NCBI GenBank assembly: GCA_963798085.1 | Contig: CAWCRS010000007.1 | Span: 576,001 to 640,000 of the forward strand | Source: an uncultured Gemmatimonadales bacterium | Lineage (GTDB): Bacteria > Gemmatimonadota > Gemmatimonadetes > Longimicrobiales > RSA9 | Length of the DNA stretch: 64,000 nucleotides | Reading direction: 5' to 3' | Part shown: one piece after another, positions 1 to 11,366 of the stretch | Layout: each line of letters starts with the position of its first letter | How positions within the stretch are numbered: position 1 is the first letter of the stretch | Notes under the pieces: generated by a model | The model's input: only the letters and a program-made list of their open reading frames with translations | Databases searched by the model: none | Told to the model about the DNA's origin: nothing | Program-made: the position numbers and the translations under genes

Positions 1-1712
1 ACTCGTCGTTGACAAAGGCGACCTGCATGCTGTCACCGATCCAGTCACCCGGCTGCGGGCCTCGCCCGCGCCGCACGGTGATGCCCATGGCATCGAGGTA
101 GCCGATGCTGATCGCGCGCACGAATGCAAACGCGTTCTGTGCATCATCCGGGCGCCCGCTGATGGGCGTGCCGGTGGAGAAGTTGTTGAGTCCGTGCTGC
201 GGCAGTGAACTGACGAAGCCCGCGCCCGTGATGCCGGGCGTCGCCATCAAGCCTTCGGTCACAGCGGCGATGAAGCGACGCTGCGCCGCGCCATCCGGAT
301 ACCGCGTCGCGGGCAGATCGATCTGTGTCGCATACACGCCGTCCGCGCGGAATCCCGGGTCCACCGCCGAGAGCCGCAGGAAGCTGCGCAGCAGCAGCGC
401 GGCGCCGGAAAGCACGGCCAGTGAAAGCGCCAGCTGCGCCACAGCGAAGGCGGCCTGAGCGCGCTGCTGCGAGCGGGTCTGCGACGCGCCGCGCGTGCTC
501 CCGGCGAGTCCACCAGCCCCCCGCCGTGACGGCGCCAGACGCAAGGCGGGCACGACGCCGGCCAGCGCGGCGATGGTGAGGGCGAAGGCGAACGCGGCCA
601 GCACCATGCGCGCATCCAGGGCAATGCCATCGAGGCGGGGCAGGCCCGCGGGCGCCACGCTGACGACCAGTCCCAGCCCCGCGGCCGCCAGTGCCAGCCC
701 GGCCATGGCGCCCACCAGTCCCAGCACGAAGACCTCGAGCACGAGCGGCCGCAGGGCACCGATCGTCCCCGCGCCCATGGCGGCGCGCACTTCCATTTCG
801 CGGGCGCGCGTCAGGCCGCGCACCAACACGAGATTAGCAAGGTTGGCGCAGCCGATGAGCAGCACCAGAGCGGCGGTCACGGCCAGCAGCACGAGCACGG
901 GTCGCACTTCGCCGGTCACCTGCGCCTGCAGCGGCAGCGCCACGATACGCGAGGCTTTCGCCCAGTCCGGGAACTGCTCGCCGATACGCTGGCGCAGCGC
1001 GTCCAGCTCGGCGTTGGCCTGCGCCACGCTCACACCGGGCCGCAGCCTGGCCACGGCGCGGAAGGAACGGCTGCCCGGATTCGTGCCGGTAATGGGCCGT
1101 GCCGTCCAGATGTCGGGTGTGCGCGAACCGAACACGTAGTCATTGGGCGAACGGAAATCGGCGGGCATGACGCCGATCACCTCATAGGGAGTGCCGGATA
1201 ACAGGATATTTCGGCCGACCATGCCGGGATCGGCGCCCAGCCGCTGGCGCCACAGGCGATCGCTGATGACCACACGGCGGGCGCCGTTGGGCGCATCATC
1301 GCCCGCCTGGAAGGTGCGGCCCAGACGAGGGGAACGGCGCAGGGCATTGAAGTAGGCGGCAGTGGCGACGGCGCCCGACAGACGCGCCGGATCCCCCGAC
1401 CCGGTCAGCGTCGCCTCCCAGAATGTTGAAGATGGCCACGTCCTGCAGCGTGCGGCTCGACTCCATTACCTGGTTCAATGTGTACGCGCCGGCGACGGAA
1501 GCCGGACCTGTGGCCTCGAGCGAGCGCTCGCCGATGAAGAGCAGTGAGCCCGGATCCGGGTAGGGCAGGGGCCGCAGCAGCACGGCATCCACGGCACCGA
1601 AGATGGCCGCCGCCGCGCCGACGACGAGCGCGCACGTGAGCAGACACACCAGCGCGTAGACCGGCGAGCGAAGCAGCGAACGAAACGCCTGGCGGAACTC
1701 GCGAAACAGCAT
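1..1712 (-). CDS. ADOP/MacB-like ABC transporter permease (frameshifted; runs off left edge)
   Basis: N-terminus MLFREFRQAFRSLLRSP...AIFGAVDAVLLRPLPYPDP is typical of ADOP permeases; minus-strand segments such as LLIGCANLANLVL..REMEVRAAMGAG continue in other frames; frame breaks near ~1420, ~1335 and ~500. Confidence 0.85.
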
Positions 1713-2022
1713 GTTGCCTCCAGAGCTTCACGCGTAGTGGTATCGCGCCGTGCCGACGCGCGATCGTACAGGACGCGCAACCGTTGGACAACGGCGCCGG
1801 GGCCAGTCGTTGCGGGGCCCGGCCGGTCCGGGCGGGTGGCGGATGCGCACGGGCGTGGGACGCAGGCGTCCGGGTACGCGACAGCGATGGGCCGCAGGGG
1901 CCTCCCGCCGCAGCCGGGAGCGCCGCCGTAAGCGATACGCAGTACGCGGGTTGGACCGGCGGCCCGCAGCCCGGCACGAGGTTTCCAGCAGGCAGGCGGG
2001 GACCCGCGAACGGAGACGCACC

Positions 2023-4405
2023 ATGGATGAGCTGCTGCGCGATCTGCGGCACGCCGCGCGCACGCTGGCGCGCACGCCGGCCTTCACGCTCGCGGCCGTG
2101 GCCACGCTCGGCCTGGCCCTGGGCGCAAACAGCGCGATCTTCAGCCTGAGCCACGCCGTCCTCCTGCGCCGCCTGCCTTACGACCATCCCGAGCGGGTCT
2201 TCGCCATGAAGAACCCGCCCCTGGCCTTCAGTTCCGGAGGCTTCGTGCTGGGCCGCAATGTCAGGGAAAGCCCGCTGCTGGAGAGCGCAACACTCTATTA
2301 CACGGGCAGCGGTGCCAACCTCGAGCTTGCCGGCGCGAGTGCGCGGCGCGTGAATCTCGCGCAGGTGGACGTGTCCTTCCTGCGCACGCTCGGCGCGCAC
2401 CCGCTGCTGGGCCGCGATTTCACCGGCGGCGAGGGCGTGAGCGGAGGCAACCACGTGGTGCTCCTGAGCGAGCACGTGTGGCGCGAGCAGTTCAACGCGC
2501 GCGCCGGGATCGTCGGCGAGACCGTTCGCCTCAGCGGCATCGCGTACACGATCGCCGGTGTGATGCCCGCCAGCTTCGAGTTCCCCGTCGGTGCGGAGCT
2601 GTGGATTCCTCTGCCGACCACCTGGGAGTTCATGGGCGGCGCTGCCGCGCCCGACGCCATTGCCCGACTGCGACCGGGCATGAGCGCGGCCGCTGCGGAA
2701 CAGCAGATCCGCGCAGCCATGACGGCACGCCGGCCACGCGATCCCGGCGACCCGCAGCTGCAGCTGGTCAGCCTGCAGACGGACCTCACGCGCGCGCTGC
2801 GCCAGCCGCTGCTCGTGCTGCTGGCCGCCGTGCTGGCCGTGCTGCTGATCGGCTGCGTCAATCTCTCCGGCCTCATGCTGGCGCGCGTCAGTGCGCGCGG
2901 CCGCGAGTTCGCGGTGCGCGGCGCGCTGGGCGCGGGCCGCGCACGCATCATCCGGCAGCTGCTGGTGGAATCCATGCTGCTCGGAGGGGATGGGTCTGTT
3001 GGTAGCACTGCTGTTAGCGGCGTGGACGCTGGATGGCGTCGTCGCGCTGTTCCCGGCCGGCCTGCTGCCCACTGCGCGCGTGAGCCTGCAGGCGCCGGTC
3101 CTCGCCTGGAGCGCCGCCGCGACCTGCCTGGCCGCACTGCTCTTCGGCGCCGCGCCCGCACTGCACGCGGCGCGTGCCAGCCGGCGCCTGCCACGCGCGG
3201 AAGGCGTGGGCGCGGATCCCTCGCGCACACGGGCGAGAAGTGCTCTGCTCGTGCTCGAGGTGGCACTCAGTTTCGTGCTCGTCAGCGCGGCCGGACTGCT
3301 GGCGCGCAGCATGGCCCGCCTGCACGACGTGCCGCTGGGCTTCCACCCGGAGCAGGTGCTCACGCTCAGGCTGCGGCTTCCCGACACGCGATACGCAACC
3401 GGCGCGCAGCAGAACGCGTATGCGACGACACTGCTGGAACGCGTGCGCGCCATCCCTGGTGTGAACGCGGCAGCGGTCGCCAACGGACTGCCGCTGACAC
3501 ACGAGCTGGGTGTGGGCTTCACGGTCCTGCTGCCGGGTGAACCGGCAGCGCAGGATGGGCGCGCCGAACGTACAGCATCCTACCGCACGGCATCGGCCGA
3601 CTGGTTCGGTACCCTCGGCACCCGCGTCCTCGCCGGGCGCGCGTTCCGCGACAATGACGGCACGGCCGGCACCGTCTACATCGTCAACGAAGCACTCGCA
3701 CACTCGCTCTTCCCCGACGGCAATGCCGTGGGGCGCGAGATCGTGCTGCGCACGGGCGGCAAGCCGAGACCCGGCACGATCGTGGGCATGGTCGAGGGAC
3801 AGCGGTTCAACGACGTGGTCGACGCACCGCATCCGGAGATATGGGAGCCGTTCCGCCAGGCGCCTTCACCCTGGATTTCCCTCGCCGTGCGCACGAGTGG
3901 CCCGGCACGCGTTCCGGATGCCTTGCGCGCTGCCGTCGCTGCGGTGGACCCGGCCGTACCGCCCTGGCAGATGCGCGCGCTGAACGACATCGTCGACGCC
4001 TCGCTCGGTCCCCGCCGCGGCGTCAGCTTCGTCATGTCTCGCTTCGCCGGCCTCGCGCTGCTGCTCTCCGCCATCGGGCTGTACGGCCTCATCGCACAAT
4101 CCGTCGCCGAACGTCGCCGCGAGATCGGTGTGCGCATGGCCGTGGGCGCACGGCAGCAGAGCATCCTGCGCCTGATGCTGAGCCGTGGCGTGCGCCCGGC
4201 AGTCATCGGCATCGGCCTGGGCGTCATCCTGGCCGCGGCCGCCACCCGCGTGCTGCGAACACTGCTGTTCGACGTCGACCCGCTCGATCCACTGACCTTC
4301 GCACTCGTGGCCGCCACCCTGATCGGTGTGGCGCTGGCCGCCAGCCTGGCCCCGGCACTGCGCGCCGCGCGCACCGACCCGCTCGCCGCATTGCGCGAGT
4401 CGTGA
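2023..4405 (+). CDS. ADOP/MacB-like ABC transporter permease (one frameshift near 2985)
   Basis: MDELLRDLRHAARTLARTPAF...GANSAIFS; LIGCVNLSGLMLAR..REFAVRGALGAG; second half in ORF 2891..4405 ends ERRREIGVRMAVGA...PALRAARTDPLAALRES; GGAG SD before ATG 2023. Confidence 0.9.
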
Positions 4406-4442
4406 TTCCCCCGGACCAACCCCCAGAAGCAAGGAGTCCACA

Positions 4443-5039
4443 ATGTCGAAATTGCGTGTGCTGACAGCGCTGTTAATGGCGGGCGCGCTGCCCGGCGCGG
4501 TCCACGCCCAGCAGTACGCCGTCGACAAGGGCAGCATCCTGCTGGGCGGCAGCGCCAGCTACACGAGCAGCAGAACCAGGGTGGGCGCTGCAGAGCAGCA
4601 GGACCGCATCAACAACCTGGCCCTCTCGCCCCGGGCGCAACTCTTCGTGGCGCCCGGACTCGGCGTCGGCGCAGAAGTCGATTTCTCCCGCTCCTCCACC
4701 GCCGGACAGTCCGCCACAGCGATCGGCGGCGGCCCCATCGTCGGCTACTACTTCGGACGCGGACCTCGCCTCTGGCACCCCTTCCTCGAGGCCAGCGGTG
4801 CGGCGCTCCACCGCAGCCGGAACAATGGTCTGCTCGGCGACGAGGGCAATACCGAGTGGCAGTGGCGAGGCACGGCCGGTCTGCTCTTCCTGCTGTCGCA
4901 TGGCGTGGGCGTGAACACAGGCGTGTTCTACCAGGGCACACACACGCGCCAGGCGCAGTTCACGCCGCAGCGCACGGAGGTCAATGTCGACAGCAACACC
5001 TACGGCCTTGCCATCGGTATTTCCGCGTTTGTTTTCTGA
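4443..5039 (+). CDS. Secreted outer-membrane beta-barrel protein (OmpA-like barrel size)
   Basis: AAGGAG SD; signal peptide ending AVHA; alternating beta-strand pattern; C-terminal aromatic GISAFVF. Confidence 0.7.
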   Translation: MSKLRVLTALLMAGALPGAVHAQQYAVDKGSILLGGSASYTSSRTRVGAAEQQDRINNLALSPRAQLFVAPGLGVGAEVDFSRSSTAGQSATAIGGGPIVGYYFGRGPRLWHPFLEASGAALHRSRNNGLLGDEGNTEWQWRGTAGLLFLLSHGVGVNTGVFYQGTHTRQAQFTPQRTEVNVDSNTYGLAIGISAFVF

Positions 5040-5045
5040 TCGCGC

Positions 5046-5095
5046 TTGACAGCTGCCGGTGTCTCCGGCATCTTCCTGTCGGGTTTCGACAGGAA
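5046..5095 (+). promoter_or_regulatory. sigma70-type promoter with overlapping palindromic operator, probably PadR autoregulation
   Basis: TTGACA (5046-5051)-N17-CATCTT (5069-5074), overlapped by perfect inverted repeat TTCCTGTCG-N5-CGACAGGAA (5073-5095) just before padR ATG. Confidence 0.7.
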
Positions 5096-5107
5096 CGCCG
5101 GAGCACC

Positions 5108-5446
5108 ATGACCACGCCTCCCACGCCCAATGTACTGCGCGGCACCCTCGATCTGCTGGTGCTGCAGACACTGCTGGCGGGCGAAATGCACGGCTGGGGC
5201 ATCAGCCAGCTGATCCAGCAGCGCTCGCGCGGCGTGCTGGAAGTGAACCAGGGCTCGCTCTATCCGGCGCTGCAGCGGCTGGAGCAGAAGGGCTGGATCG
5301 AGAGCGAGTGGCAGGTGACGGAGAATCGTCGCCGTGCGCGCTACTACCGGTTGACGGCCGCGGGCCGGCGCGCGGTGGGCGAGGAGACGCGCTCGTGGCG
5401 CCGCTACGTGGCGGCGGTGGAATCCATCCTCGACCCGGCTCCCTGA
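5108..5446 (+). CDS. PadR family transcriptional regulator (ADOP-associated type)
   Basis: LRGTLDLLVLQTL..MHGWGI..VNQGSLYPALQRLEQKGWI...RRARYYRLT. Confidence 0.95.
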   Translation: MTTPPTPNVLRGTLDLLVLQTLLAGEMHGWGISQLIQQRSRGVLEVNQGSLYPALQRLEQKGWIESEWQVTENRRRARYYRLTAAGRRAVGEETRSWRRYVAAVESILDPAP

Positions 5447-5583
5447 ATGTCTGGCCCGGGCCGGCGGTTCCCTGACACGTCGTTAGACGGCCGCGCGCGG
5501 CCGTGGGCGGTTCCTCCCTCCTCAGCTTCCGTCGATCGAGCGGTGTGCCGCGGCAAATTCGCGATCGGGCCGGGAGTCTCGCC

Positions 5584-8278
5584 ATGAGCTGGCGCAAGGC
5601 TGCGCGTTTCCGTCTGCGCGAGCTGCTGCGCGGGCGGGGCACGGACCGCGAGCTGGCGGAGGAGCTGCGCTTCCACCTGGAAATGGAAACCGAGAAGAAC
5701 CTGAGGCTGGGCATGAGTGGAGACGAGGCGAGGCGGCGGGCGGGGGTGGCGTTCGGCGGTGTCGAGCGCTACACGGAAGAACTGCGGGCCAATCGCAGCG
5801 GGCGCTGGCTGGCGGAATGCGTGGATGGATCTGCGACACGGGCTGCGCCAGCTGCGTGCGCATCCGGGCTTCACCATGTCAGCGGTGCTCACGCTGGGAC
5901 TCGCCATCGGCGCGAACACGGCGATCTTCGGTGCGCTGCGCGGTCTGCTGCTGCGTCGGCTGCCATGGCCGGATGCGGGTCGTCTCGCGTTCGTGCAGCT
6001 GACCTCGCCTCGCCTCAATGGCACGCGCGTCGACACCCTGACCAGCTGGTCGTATCCGAAGTACGAGGAGCTGCGGCGGCAGCAGGCCGCGTTCAGCGAG
6101 CTTGCCGGCTTTGGCATGCTGGCGCAGAACCTCACGAGCGGCGAAGAGGCGGAGCGCGTGAACGTGGAGCTGGCCACCGGCTCGTATTTCCCGCTGCTGG
6201 GCGTACGTACGGTGCTGGGTCGCACGTTCACACCCGCAGAATCCGCTATGCCGGGTGGCAACGCGGTGGTCGTCATCAGTCACAGTCTCTGGCAGCGGCG
6301 TTTTGGCGGGGCTGACAGCGTGTTGGGGCGCACGCTCGAGCTGAACCACACTCCGTTCAGCATCGTCGGCGTGGCCGCGCCCGGCTTCAGTGGCCTGAGT
6401 CAGGGTGCGGATGTCTGGGTACCGCTCACCATGGCGACGGCGCTCTACTATCCGGAGGCGTTGCAGGAGCGGGGCAATCACTGGTTCCGCGTGATTGCGC
6501 GGCTGCGGCCGGATGTGGACTGGAAGCGGGCGGTGGAGTCGACGGCACGCGCGGGGCAGGCGATCGCGCGCAGCAGTGACGCGGCGAACCCGGCCGGCAG
6601 TGCCGTGCTGGTACGGCTCGATGCGCAGCGCGTCAGCCCGCTGGTGCGACGCACGACGGTCGTATTGTTCAGCGCGGTGCTGCTGGTGCTGCTGGTGGCG
6701 TGCGCCAACATTGCGACGCTGCTGCACGCGCGCAATCTGGTGCGCCGGCGCGAGCTGGCGGTGCGCCTGGCGCTGGGCGCGGGGCCCGGTCGCATCCTGC
6801 GCCAGCTGGCGGTGGAGACACTGCTGCTGGCGCTGCTGGGCGGGGCGCTCGGTCTGCTGCTCGCCGCGGGTGGCGTCCAGGTCCTGTCCGCGTTCAGCCG
6901 CGCCGTCCTGCAGAGTGACCGCGGCTATCTCGTGGGCGCGGACGCCATCGGCATGGATGGCGGCGTGATAACATTCGGTTTGGGACTCACACTGCTCACC
7001 GCACTGGCGGCCGGTGTTACTCTGCTGCGCCGCGCGGCCCGACCCATGCTCAGCGATGCGCTGAGCGAGAACGCGGCCGGCAGCGGCGTCAGCCGGAGCG
7101 GTGTCACCAGTCGCATTTCACTGGTCGTTACGCAGGCGGCGTTCGCTGCCTTGCTGGTGGTGAGCGCGGTGCTGCTGCTGCGCTCTCTGGGGCGGCTCGC
7201 TTCCGTGGATACGGGATTCGATGCGACGCACGTGCTCACGCTGCGCGTCGCGCCATCCCGCAATGACTCCATGCCGGCGCCGGCGCTGTACCGTGATCTT
7301 ACGGCCAGGCTGGCGGCGCTGCCCGGTGTGAGCGCTGCGAGTGTCGACGCCTGCACACCGCTTTCCGGTCTTTGCAGCAGTACGGTGGCCACGCGCGCGG
7401 GCGCGCAGCAGTTCGCGGAGAACAGCCGGCCGGAGGTCGGCATTCACTTCGTCATGCCTGCGCATCTGTCGGTACTGGGCATACCGCTGCGGCGGGGGCG
7501 CATGTTCACGCCGGCGGACAACGCGGAAGGGCCGAGAGTCGTGGTGCTGAGCGAGACCGCGGCGCGCGTGCTGTTCGGGAACGAGGATCCCATTGGCCAG
7601 CCGTTGCAACTGGCCACCGCGTTCCTGCGCGATGGCGCCACGGCCGAGGTGATCGGCATTGTCGGCAATGTGCACTACGACGGCATCGAGCAGGCGCCGG
7701 GCGTGGTGGTGTACGCGCCCGCGCTGCAGTTCGTGTATCGCTCAATGTACGTGTTCCTGCGCACCACTGGCGAGCCGCTGGCGTGGGTGGCGGCCGTACG
7801 TGACGCCACGGCGGAGGTCGCGCCGGCGGTACCGCTGTTCGACGTGCGCACCATGGAGGATCGCGCGCGTGACGTGCTGGCGCGCGCGCGACTGCTGGCA
7901 CTGCTGCTCACCGTGTTCGCGGGGCTGGCGCTGACACTCGCGTCGGTGGGACAGTTCGGCGTGATGTCGTACATCGTGGGGCAGCGCGGCCGCGAGCTGG
8001 GCATCCGTCTGGCGCTCGGGGCTGAGCCGCTGGCGCTGGCCGCGCGCATCACGCGCCAGGGCATGGGCTGGGTCGCGGCGGGCACGGCCATGGGTCTGGT
8101 GCTCGCGCTGCTGTTGACCCGCCAGCTGGCCGACCTGCTCTACCAGGTCAGTCCCCGCGACCCGCTCACCTTTGCCGGCGTGGCCGTGCTGCTGCTGGTG
8201 GTGGGCGCGTGTGCTTCCCTGCTGCCTGCCCGCCGTGCCGCGCGCACCAGTCCGCTCGAGACCATGCGCGTTTCATAA
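5584..8278 (+). CDS. ADOP/MacB-like ABC transporter permease with N-terminal prefix domain (frameshift near 5800-5820)
   Basis: ELAEELRFHLEMETEKNLRLGMS..EARRRA...FGG prefix; then DLRHGLRQL..GANTAIF, LLVACANIA, RELGIRLALGA, PARRAA. Confidence 0.92.
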
Positions 8279-8473
8279 CAGCGCAGTTCGCAGCCGTCCG
8301 GCCCGGGATCGCCGTGCCGCCGGCCACCGGGGGCGGCGCTGTCGGAAACCCGCGGCCTGACGCGTTGGTATTGAGCGGGGTATAACGAATTTCAGGCGAC
8401 GACGCGGCTTCACGTTCGCGTCGCGCCGCCGGCTGCCGGCAGGGGCAGCAGCTCACGGCGAAGGCAGGACCAC

Positions 8474-8923
8474 TTGAAGCGGAACTCGAGAGAACAGCGC
8501 GCTCTTGCGCTTGTCGCATTGCTGGCCGTTTCTGCGTGCACGTCGCACTCGCCTGATCCGGCGTCGCCGGATGTGGGCGCGATCGTAGTCGCTGCGCGGC
8601 GCGGCGAAACGTTCGAGTTGCGACCGGGCCAGGCTGCGCGCGTGGGCAGTACCGGCCTCATCGTGGGCTTCCGCGGCATCATGGCCGACAGCCGCTGCGC
8701 GGTGGACGTGGTCTGCGTCTGGGAGGGCGATGCGGAAGCAAGCGTGCCTGTCGCCATGCAGGGTGGCGAGAGCGCGTCCCTCGTGCTGCACACGGCGGTC
8801 GACCCCGATCACGCCGCGTTCCATGGCTTCACCATCACACTCCTCGCGGTCACGCCCGAGAACCACGCCGGCCAGCGTATCGAGCCCGATCGCTATACCA
8901 TCAGGCTGCGCGTCGATGATTGA
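8474..8923 (+). CDS. Hypothetical lipoprotein
   Basis: Lipobox LLAVSA|C; DSRCxxDVxCVWEG Cys-pair motif; TTG start with AGGA upstream. Confidence 0.7.
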   Translation: MKRNSREQRALALVALLAVSACTSHSPDPASPDVGAIVVAARRGETFELRPGQAARVGSTGLIVGFRGIMADSRCAVDVVCVWEGDAEASVPVAMQGGESASLVLHTAVDPDHAAFHGFTITLLAVTPENHAGQRIEPDRYTIRLRVDD

Positions 8924-9039
8924 TGGCCCGGCCGCGCACGACGGGTGAGACGCGGCGGTTGGTAGTCCGGTTCCGCACAATCCTGTAAGGCAGCGGACGC
9001 ATCCACCCCGGGGGTGTGCCGCGAACCGCCGTCATCGCC

Positions 9040-9066
9040 TAAAGAAATGCATGGCAAGGCCGAAAA
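9040..9066 (+). promoter_or_regulatory. sigma28 (FliA)-type promoter
   Basis: TAAA (9040-9043)-N15-GCCGAAAA (9059-9066); consensus is TAAA-N15-GCCGATAA. Confidence 0.65.
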
Positions 9067-9089
9067 CGCCCCTAACAGGGGGCGTTATC

Positions 9090-10205
9090 ATGGCCATGCT
9101 TGCACGTCACGGCAGCAGTGTGGATCCCGATCCTGTCGCTGCCGTCGCTGAGCTTGCGCGGCAGGTCGGCACCACGGATCTGGACGCGCTGCTTTTCTTC
9201 TGCTCACCCGCGTATGACCTCAATGTGCTCGGTCGCGAGATTCAGCGTGTGTTCCACTGTCCGGCGACGGGTTGCACCTCTTCCGGCCAGCTGGGGCCGT
9301 GGGGCTTCCAGCGCGAGGGCTTGTGCGGCGTCACGCTGAGCGGTGGCGGCGTGCACCTGGAGCCGTATCTGATCCAGCCGCTTTCACGCTGTCAGGCCGA
9401 GGCCTCGCGCATCGCGGACATGGTGCACCTCACCTTCGAGACCTCGGCCGCGGCCGGTCATGTCTTCGGGCTGCTGCTGGTGGATGGTCTCTCGCTGATG
9501 GAAGAGCGGCTGGCCGCCGCGCTGTACCAGGCACTGGGCAATGTACCCATTGTGGGTGGCTCGGCCGGCAATGACCTGCATTTCGCAGAGACCCACGTGT
9601 ACCACTGCGGCCGCTTCCACGGCGATGCGGCGGTGTTCTCTGTCTTCGAGTCGAGCCTTCCTTTCGCCACGTTCAAGCTGCAGCACTTCGTCCCCACCGG
9701 CGTGAAGCTGGTGATCACGGATGCGTTGCCGGAAGAGCGGAAGATCCTCGAAATCAACGGCGAGCCGGCGGCGCTGGTCTATGCGGAAACAATCGGTGTG
9801 CCGGTCGAGCTGCTGAATCTCAACATCTTCTCGCGTCATCCGCTCATGCTGCGCATCGGGGACGACTACTACATCCGCTCCATGACGCAGGTGAATCCGG
9901 ATCTGTCCCTCTCCCTCATCTGCGCCATCGAGGAGGGACTCGTGGTGTCCATCGGCGAGAGTGTGGATGCACTCGCCACGCTGAAGGCGGCCTTCGACCA
10001 GGTTCGCGGCAAGGTGCCCGATCCCGCGCTCGTGATCGGCTGTGACTGCATTCTGCGCCGGCTCGAGCTGGAGCAGCTGGGACAGGACACGCGCATTGGC
10101 GAGTTCCTGGCGGACAACCGCGTCATTGGTTTCTCGACCTATGGCGAGCAGTTCAACGGCGTGCACGTGAACCAGACCTTCACCGGCATTGCCATCGGAG
10201 GCTGA
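9090..10205 (+). CDS. nosP: FIST-domain sensor, NosP-like nitric-oxide-sensing hemoprotein
   Basis: GCTSSG, LLVDGLS..EE, GGSAG, EINGEPA, IGCDCILRRLE, GFSTYGEQFNGVHVNQTFTGIAIG; directly upstream of a sensorless kinase. Confidence 0.8.
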   Translation: MAMLARHGSSVDPDPVAAVAELARQVGTTDLDALLFFCSPAYDLNVLGREIQRVFHCPATGCTSSGQLGPWGFQREGLCGVTLSGGGVHLEPYLIQPLSRCQAEASRIADMVHLTFETSAAAGHVFGLLLVDGLSLMEERLAAALYQALGNVPIVGGSAGNDLHFAETHVYHCGRFHGDAAVFSVFESSLPFATFKLQHFVPTGVKLVITDALPEERKILEINGEPAALVYAETIGVPVELLNLNIFSRHPLMLRIGDDYYIRSMTQVNPDLSLSLICAIEEGLVVSIGESVDALATLKAAFDQVRGKVPDPALVIGCDCILRRLELEQLGQDTRIGEFLADNRVIGFSTYGEQFNGVHVNQTFTGIAIGG

Positions 10206-10206
10206 A

Positions 10207-11364
10207 GTGGCAGACACCGTCGGCTGCGCGGGCGACGCCCGGACCCTGCTGCCGCAGGCAGAATGCCCCGACGTGGACGTCGGTTCGATGGACCCGACTG
10301 TGCTCACGGCCAGCCTGGCCGAACTGGGGCGCAAGCTGCGCGCCCGTGACAAGACAGTGGCCGCACTGATGCGCCGTCTCGAGGACCAGGCCGTCAACCA
10401 GGGGTCGGCGTTCGCCGTGCTGGAGCAGAACATTGGTCTGGAGCAGGTCGTCAGCCGCAAGACACGCGAGCTGGAGAATGAGCGGCAGGAGCTGAAGAAG
10501 GCGCTGGCCGAGCTGCGTGCCACGCAGGTCCGTCTGCTGCAGGCACAGAAGCTGGAAGCGATCGGCCAGCTGGCGGCGGGCGTGGCCCACGAGATCAATA
10601 CGCCCACCCAGTACGTGTCTGATAATGCGGTGTTCGTGAAACGCGCGTTCGCATCGCTGCTGGAAATACTGGATCGCGCTTTGGAAGTCGTGCAGGCCGC
10701 GCGGGAGGCGGGTCTGCTGACGGCGCTGGTCGGTGCGGCGGACGGCGCCATGGCCAGGGGCCGCCTCGACTACCTGCGGGAGCAGGTGCCCGCCGCACTC
10801 GAGCAGTCACAGGATGGGCTCACCCGCATCGCCACCATCGTCGGCGCCATGAAGCAGCTGTCGCATCCCTCGACCGCGGACAAGGAACCGGTCGAGCTGT
10901 CCGAGCTGATCCGCAGCTCCGCGACCGTGGCGCGCAACGAATGGAAGTACGTGGCCGAGCTGGAGACGGAGTTCGATCCCGCGCTGCCGCCAGTGTCCTG
11001 CCTGCGCAACGAAATCGGGCAGGTCGTGCTCAACCTGATCGTCAACAGCGCGCACGCGGTGGCGGAAGCGCGCAGCGGCGACGCCGCGGGCAAGGGACTG
11101 ATCCGCATCACGACACGGCGCCTGGGCGATCATGCGCAGATCACGGTACAGGACGACGGCGCCGGCATCCCGGAGGCCATTCGCGGTCGCGTGTTCGATC
11201 CGTTCTTCACCACGAAACCGGTGGGCAAGGGCACGGGCCAGGGACTGGCCATCGCCTACTCGACAGTGGTGGAGAAACACGGTGGTCAGATCTGGTTCGA
11301 GAGCGAGTTGGGACGCGGCACCACGTTCTTCGTGCAGCTGCCGCTCATCGAGGCGGAGGAATAG
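10207..11364 (+). CDS. Cytoplasmic histidine kinase (coiled coil-HisKA-HATPase); start uncertain
   Basis: QKLEAIGQLAAGVAHEINTP, QVVLNLIVN, DDGAGI, FDPFFTTKPVGKGTGQGL; no TM or sensor domain. Confidence 0.92.
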   Translation: MADTVGCAGDARTLLPQAECPDVDVGSMDPTVLTASLAELGRKLRARDKTVAALMRRLEDQAVNQGSAFAVLEQNIGLEQVVSRKTRELENERQELKKALAELRATQVRLLQAQKLEAIGQLAAGVAHEINTPTQYVSDNAVFVKRAFASLLEILDRALEVVQAAREAGLLTALVGAADGAMARGRLDYLREQVPAALEQSQDGLTRIATIVGAMKQLSHPSTADKEPVELSELIRSSATVARNEWKYVAELETEFDPALPPVSCLRNEIGQVVLNLIVNSAHAVAEARSGDAAGKGLIRITTRRLGDHAQITVQDDGAGIPEAIRGRVFDPFFTTKPVGKGTGQGLAIAYSTVVEKHGGQIWFESELGRGTTFFVQLPLIEAEE

Positions 11365-11366
11365 CG

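Noticed and set aside
5440..8380. Integron attC sites (GTTAGAC, TCATAAC)
   Set aside because: No paired R''/R' boxes with the attC stem, no integrase, no cassette array
8930..9090. c-di-GMP riboswitch upstream of nosP
   Set aside because: Lacks the GGCAAA/GNRA/GACGCAAA core; better explained by a sigma28 promoter
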